Shown here: positions 27,884-37,200 of the stretch, piece by piece
Position numbering within the stretch: the first letter of the stretch is position 1
Layout of the letters: the number at the start of each line of letters is the position of its first letter
Source: a virus
Direction: 5' to 3' (one strand)
Virus record (IMG/VR): IMGVR_UViG_3300012920_000031
Span: 4,061-68,060 of that record
DNA length: 64,000 nucleotides
Notes under the pieces: model-generated
Seen by the model: the letters and a program-made list of their open reading frames with translations, nothing else
Told to the model about the DNA's origin: nothing
Databases searched by the model: none
Made by a program: the position numbers and the translations under genes

Positions 27884-29580
27884 TTACCGTATGTCTCCCC
27901 TAGTTTAAGTTTTTTATTTAGTATATCAGTGCTTTCATTCTTAGTTTGCATGGTCCCCTGCATCTGGCCCATTGGAGTATTTATAGTGATAGACAATCCA
28001 CTGCTAAGATTTTTATTCAATTTATCCAATTCTTTGGTATTCTTTTTAGTTTCAACTGTTACACCGCTCAAGTCACTGGTATCGCCCCGGGGCTGATCTT
28101 TGAACCCACCAATCGGTACCAGATTTGATATTACCTTTCTTATTGCTTGAGCCGTGCCTTTCACGAGATTTGCAGCTGTCTGTCTGGGTTGATCTTCCAT
28201 ACCTAACGCCGCGCGTCGTCGGTCGATGTCCTGTTGTTCCCCTCTGGTTAGCTTCATTTCATTTCGCAACTTATCAAGAATGCTTGTAAGGTCTTGGGAT
28301 TTAAGTGCAGCACTTATTGCTTCTTTGTCTAAATTTACGGCCCCAGCCGAAATTTTACTCATTACACTGAGTAGTTTTTTTTGTGTTTCGGGGTTGAAAC
28401 CGGCTCTCGTACCGGCAGCGACCACCCTCTCTGTCAGAGTGGTGAGATTTTTAACGCTGGTATCAGTGACACCAAATAGCGCTTTAATCTCGTTTGTAAG
28501 TGCCATCTGGGTTTGAGATTGCATCTCCACTAGAAACCTTGTCGACTCGGGACGAAATGCATCAAAAGATTTTTTTAGATCCTCGATACTGGTTGTATTA
28601 TCTTGTAGTGCTTCTGTGGTAAGTCTTTGTGCTTTTGTCCTTGGGTCTTCTTTTCCCTTCATAACCTCTTCAACAGTGGCTTTTCCCGACAATAATCTTC
28701 TTGTTTCATCTGGTGTTAGCCCTAAACCGTCGGCTACTGCTTTTAGCTGGAACTTGTTTTGCTTAAGTGCTTCAACATTTACATTCTTTTTAACACCTGC
28801 AATGATTGTTTCCACGCGGTCGGCTTCTGATTTACCCAATAAATCAATTGAATTGAAGACAGACTTTCCTAATATAGCATTTAGACGACCAGCTTTTTCA
28901 GAAGATCCCTGAAACGTATCCATAGATTCACCAAAAGCTTGTGTCAAGCTGGAAAAAGAAACACCAGTCTGCGATGATGTAGCTTGTAATCTCTTGAAAA
29001 CATCCATTATCTTTGTGGAATCATACAATAAACTTTGTTGTGCGTTTCTAAAATTTTCAGCAATCTGACTAGCTTGACCTGGAAATTTACTTACAATACC
29101 ACCCAGCTGAGCAGTAAGCCTTGTTAGTTCTTCTTGGTTGGCGCCGAAAGAAAGTGTTGCTGTATCCATGATGCCTGCCATAGTGTCAGTGTTAACACCA
29201 AAAGCTTTCATTGTCATGGCTGCATCTACTAGTTTTGCTGACGCTTCAGCTGTAAAGAATGAGAAAGACTGCATGCTACTACCTAGCTCATTAAGAGTTT
29301 GCATACCTTCTGCGGTTGTGCCAAATAAAGATCTTGACGCTTCCTCAACATCTTGAAATTGATCTATAAGATCTGTTGATGCCACACCTATTGATCTAAG
29401 GAGTTCTAATCTTGTTTGATTTCTTTTTTCCATGTCGTCAGGAATTCCTGCAACAGAAGAGAATGGGTTTGCAGAAACGCCCGAGGTACCTAGGACCTTG
29501 CTCATTCCTGCCTTGAAAGCAGTAAGGTCTTTTCCTTTGAGCTTTTTAATTTCATCCAGCAGATCTGTGACTATAGACAT
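27880..29580 (-). CDS. Tape measure protein
   Basis: Helical A/Q/K/S-rich protein located after the tail chaperones; ATG 29580 with AGGAG SD. Confidence 0.65.
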   Translation of the reverse strand: MSIVTDLLDEIKKLKGKDLTAFKAGMSKVLGTSGVSANPFSSVAGIPDDMEKRNQTRLELLRSIGVASTDLIDQFQDVEEASRSLFGTTAEGMQTLNELGSSMQSFSFFTAEASAKLVDAAMTMKAFGVNTDTMAGIMDTATLSFGANQEELTRLTAQLGGIVSKFPGQASQIAENFRNAQQSLLYDSTKIMDVFKRLQATSSQTGVSFSSLTQAFGESMDTFQGSSEKAGRLNAILGKSVFNSIDLLGKSEADRVETIIAGVKKNVNVEALKQNKFQLKAVADGLGLTPDETRRLLSGKATVEEVMKGKEDPRTKAQRLTTEALQDNTTSIEDLKKSFDAFRPESTRFLVEMQSQTQMALTNEIKALFGVTDTSVKNLTTLTERVVAAGTRAGFNPETQKKLLSVMSKISAGAVNLDKEAISAALKSQDLTSILDKLRNEMKLTRGEQQDIDRRRAALGMEDQPRQTAANLVKGTAQAIRKVISNLVPIGGFKDQPRGDTSDLSGVTVETKKNTKELDKLNKNLSSGLSITINTPMGQMQGTMQTKNESTDILNKKLKLGETYGK

Positions 29581-29622
29581 TTTAGACAAACTCCTACGAT
29601 ACTAATTATCATAAAAAGTATT

Positions 29623-29769
29623 TTATTGCTTGTTTCTTTCTTCTAGGACTTGTAAGTTTTTTTCTACAAACCAAGTTCTGAGTCCCACAGGTAAGGAGTA
29701 GCATTCACTAAAAGAAAAATGTCCATAATGCATAAGGAAAAATATTTCCTCATACACTGAGTTTTTCAT
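29623..29769 (-). CDS. gp51-like tail assembly chaperone C-terminal module (not in ORF track)
   Basis: MKNSVYEEIFFLMHYGHFSFSECYSLPVGLRTWFVEKNLQVLEERNKQ resembles T4-like gp51 / GT-type modules; lies between chaperone and tape measure. Confidence 0.75.
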   Translation of the reverse strand: MKNSVYEEIFFLMHYGHFSFSECYSLPVGLRTWFVEKNLQVLEERNKQ

Positions 29770-29773
29770 ATAC

Positions 29774-30637
29774 TCAGACGTCAGGCCAAAAGAAGCCCAA
29801 CGAAAAGGGCACCTCGCTTTCCGATTCCTCTCCGCAGGAACCGCAAGCGACTAATTGCTTAGTGGATACATCTGGTGACAAATTATTGCAAACATTTCGA
29901 ATCTTTCTAGAATCAATTGCTGGTAGCACTTCAAATAATTGATTTAGTTGTGTCATATCTGTCACCCCGTTTACAGACACAACTGCAAGCCTAAAAAGAT
30001 TTATAGTTTTATTGTTAGAAAGGCCCAAAGATTCTGCTTTTTCACTTTGCTTTTTTAGATACTCTTCGTGTTCAGCTGTTAAGATTCTGACAGCTGTTTC
30101 CATTTTGGACTTTGGCAACTCAAACTTAAAAAACCCAGAGGATTCTTCATATTCAACTCCCTTTGGCAACTCATGAACACTTTCTATTTTTGACAAGTCA
30201 AATGTGAACTCGGTGACCTTTCCACAGTGCTCGCAAAGCTTTTTAGTCTTATATTCGTTTCCATACCCAGTGCATCTAGCTGCTAAAAGTATTGCATTTC
30301 TATCGCCGGCAAGAAAATGGCTTGGGTTTATCGACTTATCTACGATAATCATTTTCAACAACCTAGTGAACATTGAACCATCAACCAAATATTGTTGATT
30401 TGAAAGCAGGTCCTCTTCTCTCGCGGTGAGGTGCTTGATTTCAATTTCAGAAACTCCATGCAAGGAAGATCCTTCTTCATAAAATCGGCCGCCGGATGGT
30501 AGTTTTACAACTTCCGTCGCGGCGACCAAATCTATGTTGAAAGGGTTTGCCATTTGTTGCATAGGCGGAATACCTGGTGCATTGGGTGGTTGTGGTATGT
30601 TGTGGTTGACAGAAGTTCTTTTAGAATTTCTTGACAT
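29774..30637 (-). CDS. T4 gp26-like baseplate hub/tail assembly chaperone
   Basis: VKLPSGGRFY, LTAREEDLL, GDRNAILLAAR..GYG, CxxC pairs, C-terminal FFWP. Confidence 0.8.
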   Translation of the reverse strand: MSRNSKRTSVNHNIPQPPNAPGIPPMQQMANPFNIDLVAATEVVKLPSGGRFYEEGSSLHGVSEIEIKHLTAREEDLLSNQQYLVDGSMFTRLLKMIIVDKSINPSHFLAGDRNAILLAARCTGYGNEYKTKKLCEHCGKVTEFTFDLSKIESVHELPKGVEYEESSGFFKFELPKSKMETAVRILTAEHEEYLKKQSEKAESLGLSNNKTINLFRLAVVSVNGVTDMTQLNQLFEVLPAIDSRKIRNVCNNLSPDVSTKQLVACGSCGEESESEVPFSLGFFWPDV

Positions 30638-30653
30638 TATTTCCTCTTTTCAT

Positions 30654-31241
30654 TTATGTTGTAGTTGGCGTATTTATAGACCATGTTCTAGCATCAGTTC
30701 TTTCTGGTATACTCAAAAATGCCCAGTCATACTTCAAAGTGATACCAATCTTAACTAATTCATCGGAGCCATATGTAAGTTGGCCAAAGTCAACACCGGT
30801 CAGTTGCGGGTTGTTGATTGTCCATTCTTCCAACACACTCTCTGTTTGGTCTCCGGTGTTAGCACCGAATTGTACAAGCTTTATTTGACCACCTAGTGAA
30901 TCAACCATTGCTTTCTTAGAGATAGTCTTAGGAAAACCTGCTTGTGAAGTGTATTGATCTGGTACAACATAACCTGCAGCTTCTAAAATTTTTACCAGGG
31001 ATGCTGCCGAGTCAGGCTGTACGGGATCTACTATGCTAAAGGTAACGTCTGTCCAGGTTACTTTTCCAGGATAGTAAAATTCATAATTTAAGAATGTATG
31101 AGCTTGAGAAGCTATATTGAAACCAGGTTTCTTTACATCTGTTACGATAAACTGTGGCATACCAGACAAATACAAAAGCCATCTAAACTGTCTTTTGGGC
31201 TCTATACTTGCTTGGTTCCAGAACTGTGAATTTGTAGGCAT
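30654..31241 (-). CDS. Tail tube protein (gp19-like)
   Basis: EPKRQFRW, GKVTWTDVTF..DP, EEWTI, FGQLTY, LKYDWA; directly after sheath. Confidence 0.85.
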   Translation of the reverse strand: MPTNSQFWNQASIEPKRQFRWLLYLSGMPQFIVTDVKKPGFNIASQAHTFLNYEFYYPGKVTWTDVTFSIVDPVQPDSAASLVKILEAAGYVVPDQYTSQAGFPKTISKKAMVDSLGGQIKLVQFGANTGDQTESVLEEWTINNPQLTGVDFGQLTYGSDELVKIGITLKYDWAFLSIPERTDARTWSINTPTTT

Positions 31242-31293
31242 ATTATATTGTCTCCCTAATATTATATATCATGTTAAAAGCTTTTTTCAAAGA

Positions 31294-34110
31294 TTAATCT
31301 TCAAAAGAAGCGCCTGTGTTTGTTATAACGAAATCAACTGCAATAAACTCAATAGCTCTGGCTGGCTTTAGGAAAATCTTAGCATACATGACATTTCGAT
31401 CAATAAGATCTGGTGTTGTTGTAGTCTCATCTAAAATGACCTTATAGTCAGACAAGCCAAGCCTAGTCTGTACGCTCTGCAAGAACGGATTCACTTGGCC
31501 TAAGAAACGGTTCCAGGTAGCCGGAACGTTCTGGTCAAAAAGAAGCCCATTAGCAATTCTGGAAACTTCCTTCTTTATAAAAATAAGTAATCTACGGACA
31601 TTGATGCGATCAAGTGCAGATTGTGTTGTTTGTAAAGTCTTCTGTCCAAATACCACGATACCTTCTGTAACAAATGATGCAATTGGATTGATATTTGCCA
31701 CATAAAGCTCATCTCTCTGTTTCGAAAGCAACTGTTCAGATACTTGAAGGACTGGCAAACCGGCATTACCTTCGTTAAGTCCGCCTCTGTTAAACCCAGC
31801 TGGCGCAAACCAAACTTCCTCTCTCTCTTCTGTGTAAGCCAAGATGCCCAAAGCTACAACTGAAGGTGGTACCCATACATCTGACGTGTTCTCTGTATCT
31901 CTAATCTTAACCCATGGATAATAAGATGCACCATAGGAAGAATTTATCTGCCTAGCTTTCAACGCGGTGGCTGCTGCCTTGGGTGTGGTTCCAATTCTAT
32001 CTTGGAAGTTTTCACAACGAGTTTCATGAGGTGGCTTATAAACATTTGGTAGGTCGATGATAGCCATCGAGTCTGCGCGTGCCTCGCATTTTTGAACCAG
32101 TTTCAAAGTGAGGGCCTCTGTGGTAATGCCGGGCAGAACTGCTAAATTATGCTCGATCACTTCAGGGTCCTTAATGAGTTCAATTGCTCTATCTACAGAA
32201 GCGAACGCATAACTGTTTGATGTTGTCTTTCCTGCCATAACATTATTGTTGAAAGGGTCTGCTTCGATAACATTGACGCCATCAAAGCCACCAACTAGTG
32301 GCATTTGGAACTTGTCAAACCCTAACTCAAGCAGTGTTTGCACTGAGCCTGTCTGAGTGTATGCTTTGTTAGTGTCCGACTTTCTTGATCCCGATAGGAA
32401 AAAAGCGTCTGTTACGTTCGCTGTTGACAAACTAGCTAGGCCACTACCCTTTAGAACAACTTCATCTAAAGAAAACACAAATGAGTGTTGCATGTTACTT
32501 CCAGAAAGACCTGAAGTCTGTAGACCTGTTAAGCCTTCTGGCATCTTTCTAATGTAATCTATGTAGCCAGGGTCAACCTTGGAAGTGATGGTTCCTGATG
32601 AATCTTTCTTATAAATTGCTGCTCCGAAGGGCTCCTCACCCCTAACGGATGCCGACACAACAAAAGGAAGTGCTGGCCAGTTTACTGTCAATCCACCGGT
32701 GCGACGAGCGGCGGATCCGACTGTGTTTGCCGGAATTGCAAGTGTCGACTCTAAGAAAGACCCCGAGAAAGCTGATTGAGTTCCGCCGGCGGCTTTGATG
32801 CCTATAGTGCAAGGACTAGGTATTACGGGCCCAAAAAAGCCAAATGGAATCTTGGACGGGTTTACTAAACCATTGTCAACATCTGCTTTCATGTCCATTC
32901 TAATGTATCTTGACTGATTAGGATAGTTGCCGTACACCTTATTTCTTTTCTCTGAAGCTGACCATACTTGGTACTGATCCCCAACTTGTCTTGCTACATA
33001 ATTTTGTGAGTTTGGATTGAGATTACACCCAACAAAACTTTCAACTACCTCGACTCTTGTTCCGTAAATTCTCTTTACAACAACAGTAAATGAGCCATAA
33101 GGATCTGTATCGCCATCTTCAGGAATCCTTATATCTTCAATACCTACGACTATTTCTTTGGATGCGTTTTCACCTTCATGAAGTGCCTTTACTCTAAAAA
33201 GTTTTTGTTGATTTTTTGCATGATAAACAGCTCTATTTCCAGAGTCTTGTGCAAAAACCCATCCCGATTGAGCTTCACCTAGTTCGTGGGAAAAATCCCC
33301 CATGTCTATAGTATTATCTTTTCTCAGTCTAGAAATAAAGCCGAATAAAGGACCAGAAGGTACAGATTCTTCAAAAGTTTCCCCTAGCCAGTATTTGTGA
33401 GCCACTGTGCCAGATGTTGGATAAGAGATTCTATTATTAGTTGCAATTGGATTTGTATTTAGTGCTTTTCGAATATAATCCCTATTAGCAGTATTGAAAG
33501 AAATTTTTCTCTCAGAAATTGAACCGCTTGCATCACCACATAAATGTACTGTAAACGTGCTATCACTATTTTCCTTGAATATAATATCGTTACGTCCTGT
33601 CAATGTTGACCCTGTTAAGTCAGTACCAGATAATGAAGCCGTAAAGTCTGTTTCTCCATAAAATATTGCTGCAAGGGTCGACCCAGAAAAAGCTCTCTGA
33701 TCAGATCCTGATTGCATAACAAAAAGACCCCAAGCCTGATGCGCAGTCCAACCGGCGGCGCCGGCATCCGTAGCATTATCTCCGGTGACACCCAGCAATC
33801 TAACCACTGTTACCGGGGAATCGATATCTGCAGCCATGTAAGCCTTAGCTGCATAGTGGGCATATGCTGGCGCTAGAAGACCATTGCCTTCTCTCCAGGT
33901 GTCATCTCCTTGTCCACCGGGAACAGGCTCCCCAAAAATTTCTACAAAATCTGCATATGAATTTACAGTGACCGGTTTCATTGCCGGACCTTTTCTGGTT
34001 CTTCCTATTACTACAGGTCCGATTGGTCCTGGTAGTTTTGGTAACTGGGAGTTATCAATCTCTTTTAGAAAAACTCCGGGAGAAACGAATTTAAATTTTC
34101 TGGCTGCCAT
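31294..34110 (-). CDS. Contractile tail sheath protein (gp18-like)
   Basis: FVSPGVFLKEID, KGP, YYPW, VPPS, WFAPAGFNRG, GQKTLQ, ALDRINVRRL, KPARAIEFI. Confidence 0.96.
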   Translation of the reverse strand: MAARKFKFVSPGVFLKEIDNSQLPKLPGPIGPVVIGRTRKGPAMKPVTVNSYADFVEIFGEPVPGGQGDDTWREGNGLLAPAYAHYAAKAYMAADIDSPVTVVRLLGVTGDNATDAGAAGWTAHQAWGLFVMQSGSDQRAFSGSTLAAIFYGETDFTASLSGTDLTGSTLTGRNDIIFKENSDSTFTVHLCGDASGSISERKISFNTANRDYIRKALNTNPIATNNRISYPTSGTVAHKYWLGETFEESVPSGPLFGFISRLRKDNTIDMGDFSHELGEAQSGWVFAQDSGNRAVYHAKNQQKLFRVKALHEGENASKEIVVGIEDIRIPEDGDTDPYGSFTVVVKRIYGTRVEVVESFVGCNLNPNSQNYVARQVGDQYQVWSASEKRNKVYGNYPNQSRYIRMDMKADVDNGLVNPSKIPFGFFGPVIPSPCTIGIKAAGGTQSAFSGSFLESTLAIPANTVGSAARRTGGLTVNWPALPFVVSASVRGEEPFGAAIYKKDSSGTITSKVDPGYIDYIRKMPEGLTGLQTSGLSGSNMQHSFVFSLDEVVLKGSGLASLSTANVTDAFFLSGSRKSDTNKAYTQTGSVQTLLELGFDKFQMPLVGGFDGVNVIEADPFNNNVMAGKTTSNSYAFASVDRAIELIKDPEVIEHNLAVLPGITTEALTLKLVQKCEARADSMAIIDLPNVYKPPHETRCENFQDRIGTTPKAAATALKARQINSSYGASYYPWVKIRDTENTSDVWVPPSVVALGILAYTEEREEVWFAPAGFNRGGLNEGNAGLPVLQVSEQLLSKQRDELYVANINPIASFVTEGIVVFGQKTLQTTQSALDRINVRRLLIFIKKEVSRIANGLLFDQNVPATWNRFLGQVNPFLQSVQTRLGLSDYKVILDETTTTPDLIDRNVMYAKIFLKPARAIEFIAVDFVITNTGASFED

Positions 34111-34197
34111 GTTATAAGGTCTCCTTGAATATTGAACAATAGTAAAAAATTATTATTTTACTTAGTAAATAGTTTTTCTTCCAGCTAAAGGAATAAT

Positions 34198-34230
34198 AAA
34201 AGGAAAGCCCGGTGAAAACCGGGCTTTTTG
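34198..34230. terminator. Bidirectional rho-independent terminator
   Basis: AAAGCCCGGTGAAAACCGGGCTTTTT with A/U tracts on both sides. Confidence 0.8.
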
Positions 34231-34253
34231 GTGAGATGAATAGGTGGGATATA

Positions 34254-37200
34254 TTATTTCTGTACATAGCGGACAATAAGAACATCGTCCGAATCAAGTG
34301 CGTCTGCCATAAGAACCTTTGTAGGAGCTGTATAGCTATCCAGTCTATAGTCAAAAATCGAGTTTCCGCCGGAACCAAGATTAGCAGAACCGGAACGTGT
34401 CTGCAATAGACCGTTCAAGAATACCATCAAAGAACCAGACAATACTGGGCCATCGAGTGAAGCAGTATGTGCATGACCTGTCAAAGAAGAAGACATAAAA
34501 GATTCCTCTTTCTGTACAATGTGAAGCTTACCTTGGTGTACCTGTAAGCCGCCTCTTGTACCAGCAGCACCGGTGATGTGCTGTATAAGGTCAGTTACGC
34601 TTTCTTTCTTAACGTAGTTGTTGTCACTGTCTTGTACAAGTAAGAAGTGGGTGCTATCGTTTGAATCAAGTGCCATACCGTCAAGGTTCAATAATTCAAT
34701 CTGATTTGATCGGAACTTAGTATTCTGATTACCCACATCAAGTGCGCCACTGACAACAATAGCATCAGCACCACTGTCACCAAGATTTGCACCTCCAAGA
34801 ACTGTCAAGGCTCCGTCTACATTTACTGCAGCACCGAAGTCAGCTGTACCACCGATATCAAGACCACCAGAGCCAGAAATTAGACCCTTAGCAGTAATGA
34901 CGCTCGGTGTGAAGAAACCCAAAGAAGCAGATACTGCACCGGCTGACGCTGTAATGCCAGCTGTACTTCTAACAAGAAGTCTACCAGACAAGGTTGATGC
35001 ACCAGCAACTGTCAAGACACCAGAACCAGAAATCGGTCCTGCGGAAGCTGTAATACCAGCTGTGCTTCTAACAAGAAGTCTGCCAGATAATGTCGATGCA
35101 CCTGCAACTGTTAGGATACCAGAGCCAGAAATCGGACCAGCAGAAGCTGTAATACCGCCTGTTCCATTTACCAAAACAGTTCCAGCTGTTGTAACATTAC
35201 CAGAACCAGAAAGTGGTCCGTCCAGTCTGAGACCTAGGTTACCAGAGATAAATGTACCAAGACCACCAGAAAGAGCAAGTCTTGCTGTTGTCTTCATCTT
35301 CATTGTGTGAGCTTCACCAGAATCGGTGTACACTTCAATCTCACCAGCCTTGAAGCCATTGTTGTGATACTCTACACTTTGTCCTGTGCCAGATGGTGTG
35401 CTAAGTACCAAAGCCGTGCTGTTGAGAGTAATTCTGTGATGTTCGCCGGTTCTACCAAGACGGAAAGTTTCTGAACCAGTTGGTTCAAGTGCAGACGCCT
35501 TGAGTCCGTTTGTGCTTGGGTTGTACATCAAAGAGCCACTGTTGATGAAGAATGATCCTGCAGAAGCTGCGCCTGAAGCGAAAGTCAACTGAAGATCAAG
35601 ATCGTTTTTTGCCGCGGCAACAACTTCTGCACCAACACCAGTGAGGCCGGAACCATCACCATGGAACGTAGATGCAGATACTGGGTATGCAGAGAAAGAA
35701 ATGTTTCCAGTTGCTCCAGCAGAAGCTGTTCCGACATTTGCAAAAACGAATCTATCTGTGCTTTCATCCCAAAGCATAGCAGCGTTTGCGCTATCACCAC
35801 GCTCAAAGATAAAACCTTGATCATTTACAGGTGTACCTGTAGCACCCGAACTCAAAAGTACCAATGCATCTTTTACTGCAAGGTGTGTGCTGTCAATCAC
35901 AGTTGTAGTACCATTTATTGTAAGGTTACCTGCAACTGTTGCATTACCACCAATCAAAAGATTGCCAGAGCCAGAAATATTACTCTTACCGACTATTGCA
36001 CCGGTTACCGCAAGTGCTGATTTGAATACACCCTGTCCACCCATCAAAAGATTTGATGAACCAGAAATAATACCACCGTTCAAGCCATCGTTAAGCAAAA
36101 TAGCTGTCTCGCCGGTGTTGCTTGGATTCTTCAACTTAATATCAGCTGTGCTTGCATCGTACAAGAATATTCCGGTGCTACTGCCGCCACCAAACTCGAT
36201 GTCACCATTCTCGCGAGCGGCGAAGATATCTTGATTAGAGTTGTTTGTTACTCTAAAAAGCTCATTAGCAGTAAGTTTGAACTGACCAGTACCTTCTACA
36301 AGAACAGAGTTATCTGTAGCTGAAGCTTTAGAACGAGCATTAACAGTCAATGTTTCGCCAAGAACTGTTGCTCCACCGATGCTGAGTGCACCAGAGCCTG
36401 AGATTGCTGAAGAAGCCTTGATTCCACCGGTGACGTTTAGTTCCGATGCTTTTATTTGTACATAGCCCTTAGTAATGATCAAGTTATCATCAACTGTTGC
36501 AGAGCCGGCAATTGTAAGGTCGCTAGAACCAGAAATAGCTGATGATGCTTTGATGCCACCTGTAACGTTTAGTTCAGATGCTTTGATTTGTACATAACCC
36601 TTGGTAACGATCAAGTTGTCATCAACAGTTGCGCTGCCAGCGATTGTAAGGTCGTCAGAACCAGAAATAGCTGATGATGCTTTGATGCCACCGGTGACAT
36701 TTAGTTCGGATGCCTTAATCTGTACAAAACCCTTTGTAAGAACCAAGTTATCATCGATGGTTGCATTACCTGCTATTGTAAGATCTCCAGATCCAGAAAG
36801 GTTTACACCCTTCAACATATCTGTCGATGGATTATACTTAAGACCGGCGTCGACTGCTAGGCCGATATCAGCATTATCCGAAGGACTAACAAAGGTCACT
36901 CTCATGTCCGAGTTGTCCGAAGAAGCGGTAACTGATACGAGACCGCCAAAGTATTCTGCCATTTGTGAAGCAGATACATGATAGGTTGTTCCGTTAGACT
37001 TGTCTTCGATCAAGAAGAGGTCATCTGCTGCAACTGTTCTATCTTTAAATGAGTTTGTACTTCCTGAAATTTGTATGGAAGTACTTGCTACCAAATCTGT
37101 GGTAGTGAGTGTTGCTAATTGTGAATTACTTAATTTTGTTCTAGCCACGTTTATTCCTCCTAAACCAGCGTATTCGCTGAATCGTGTTGTGTTTATTGTA

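Noticed and set aside
34941-36790. Diversity-generating retroelement TR/VR pair
   Set aside because: The repeats are tandem and in-frame, differences are synonymous rather than adenine-specific, and no reverse transcriptase is present in the window.
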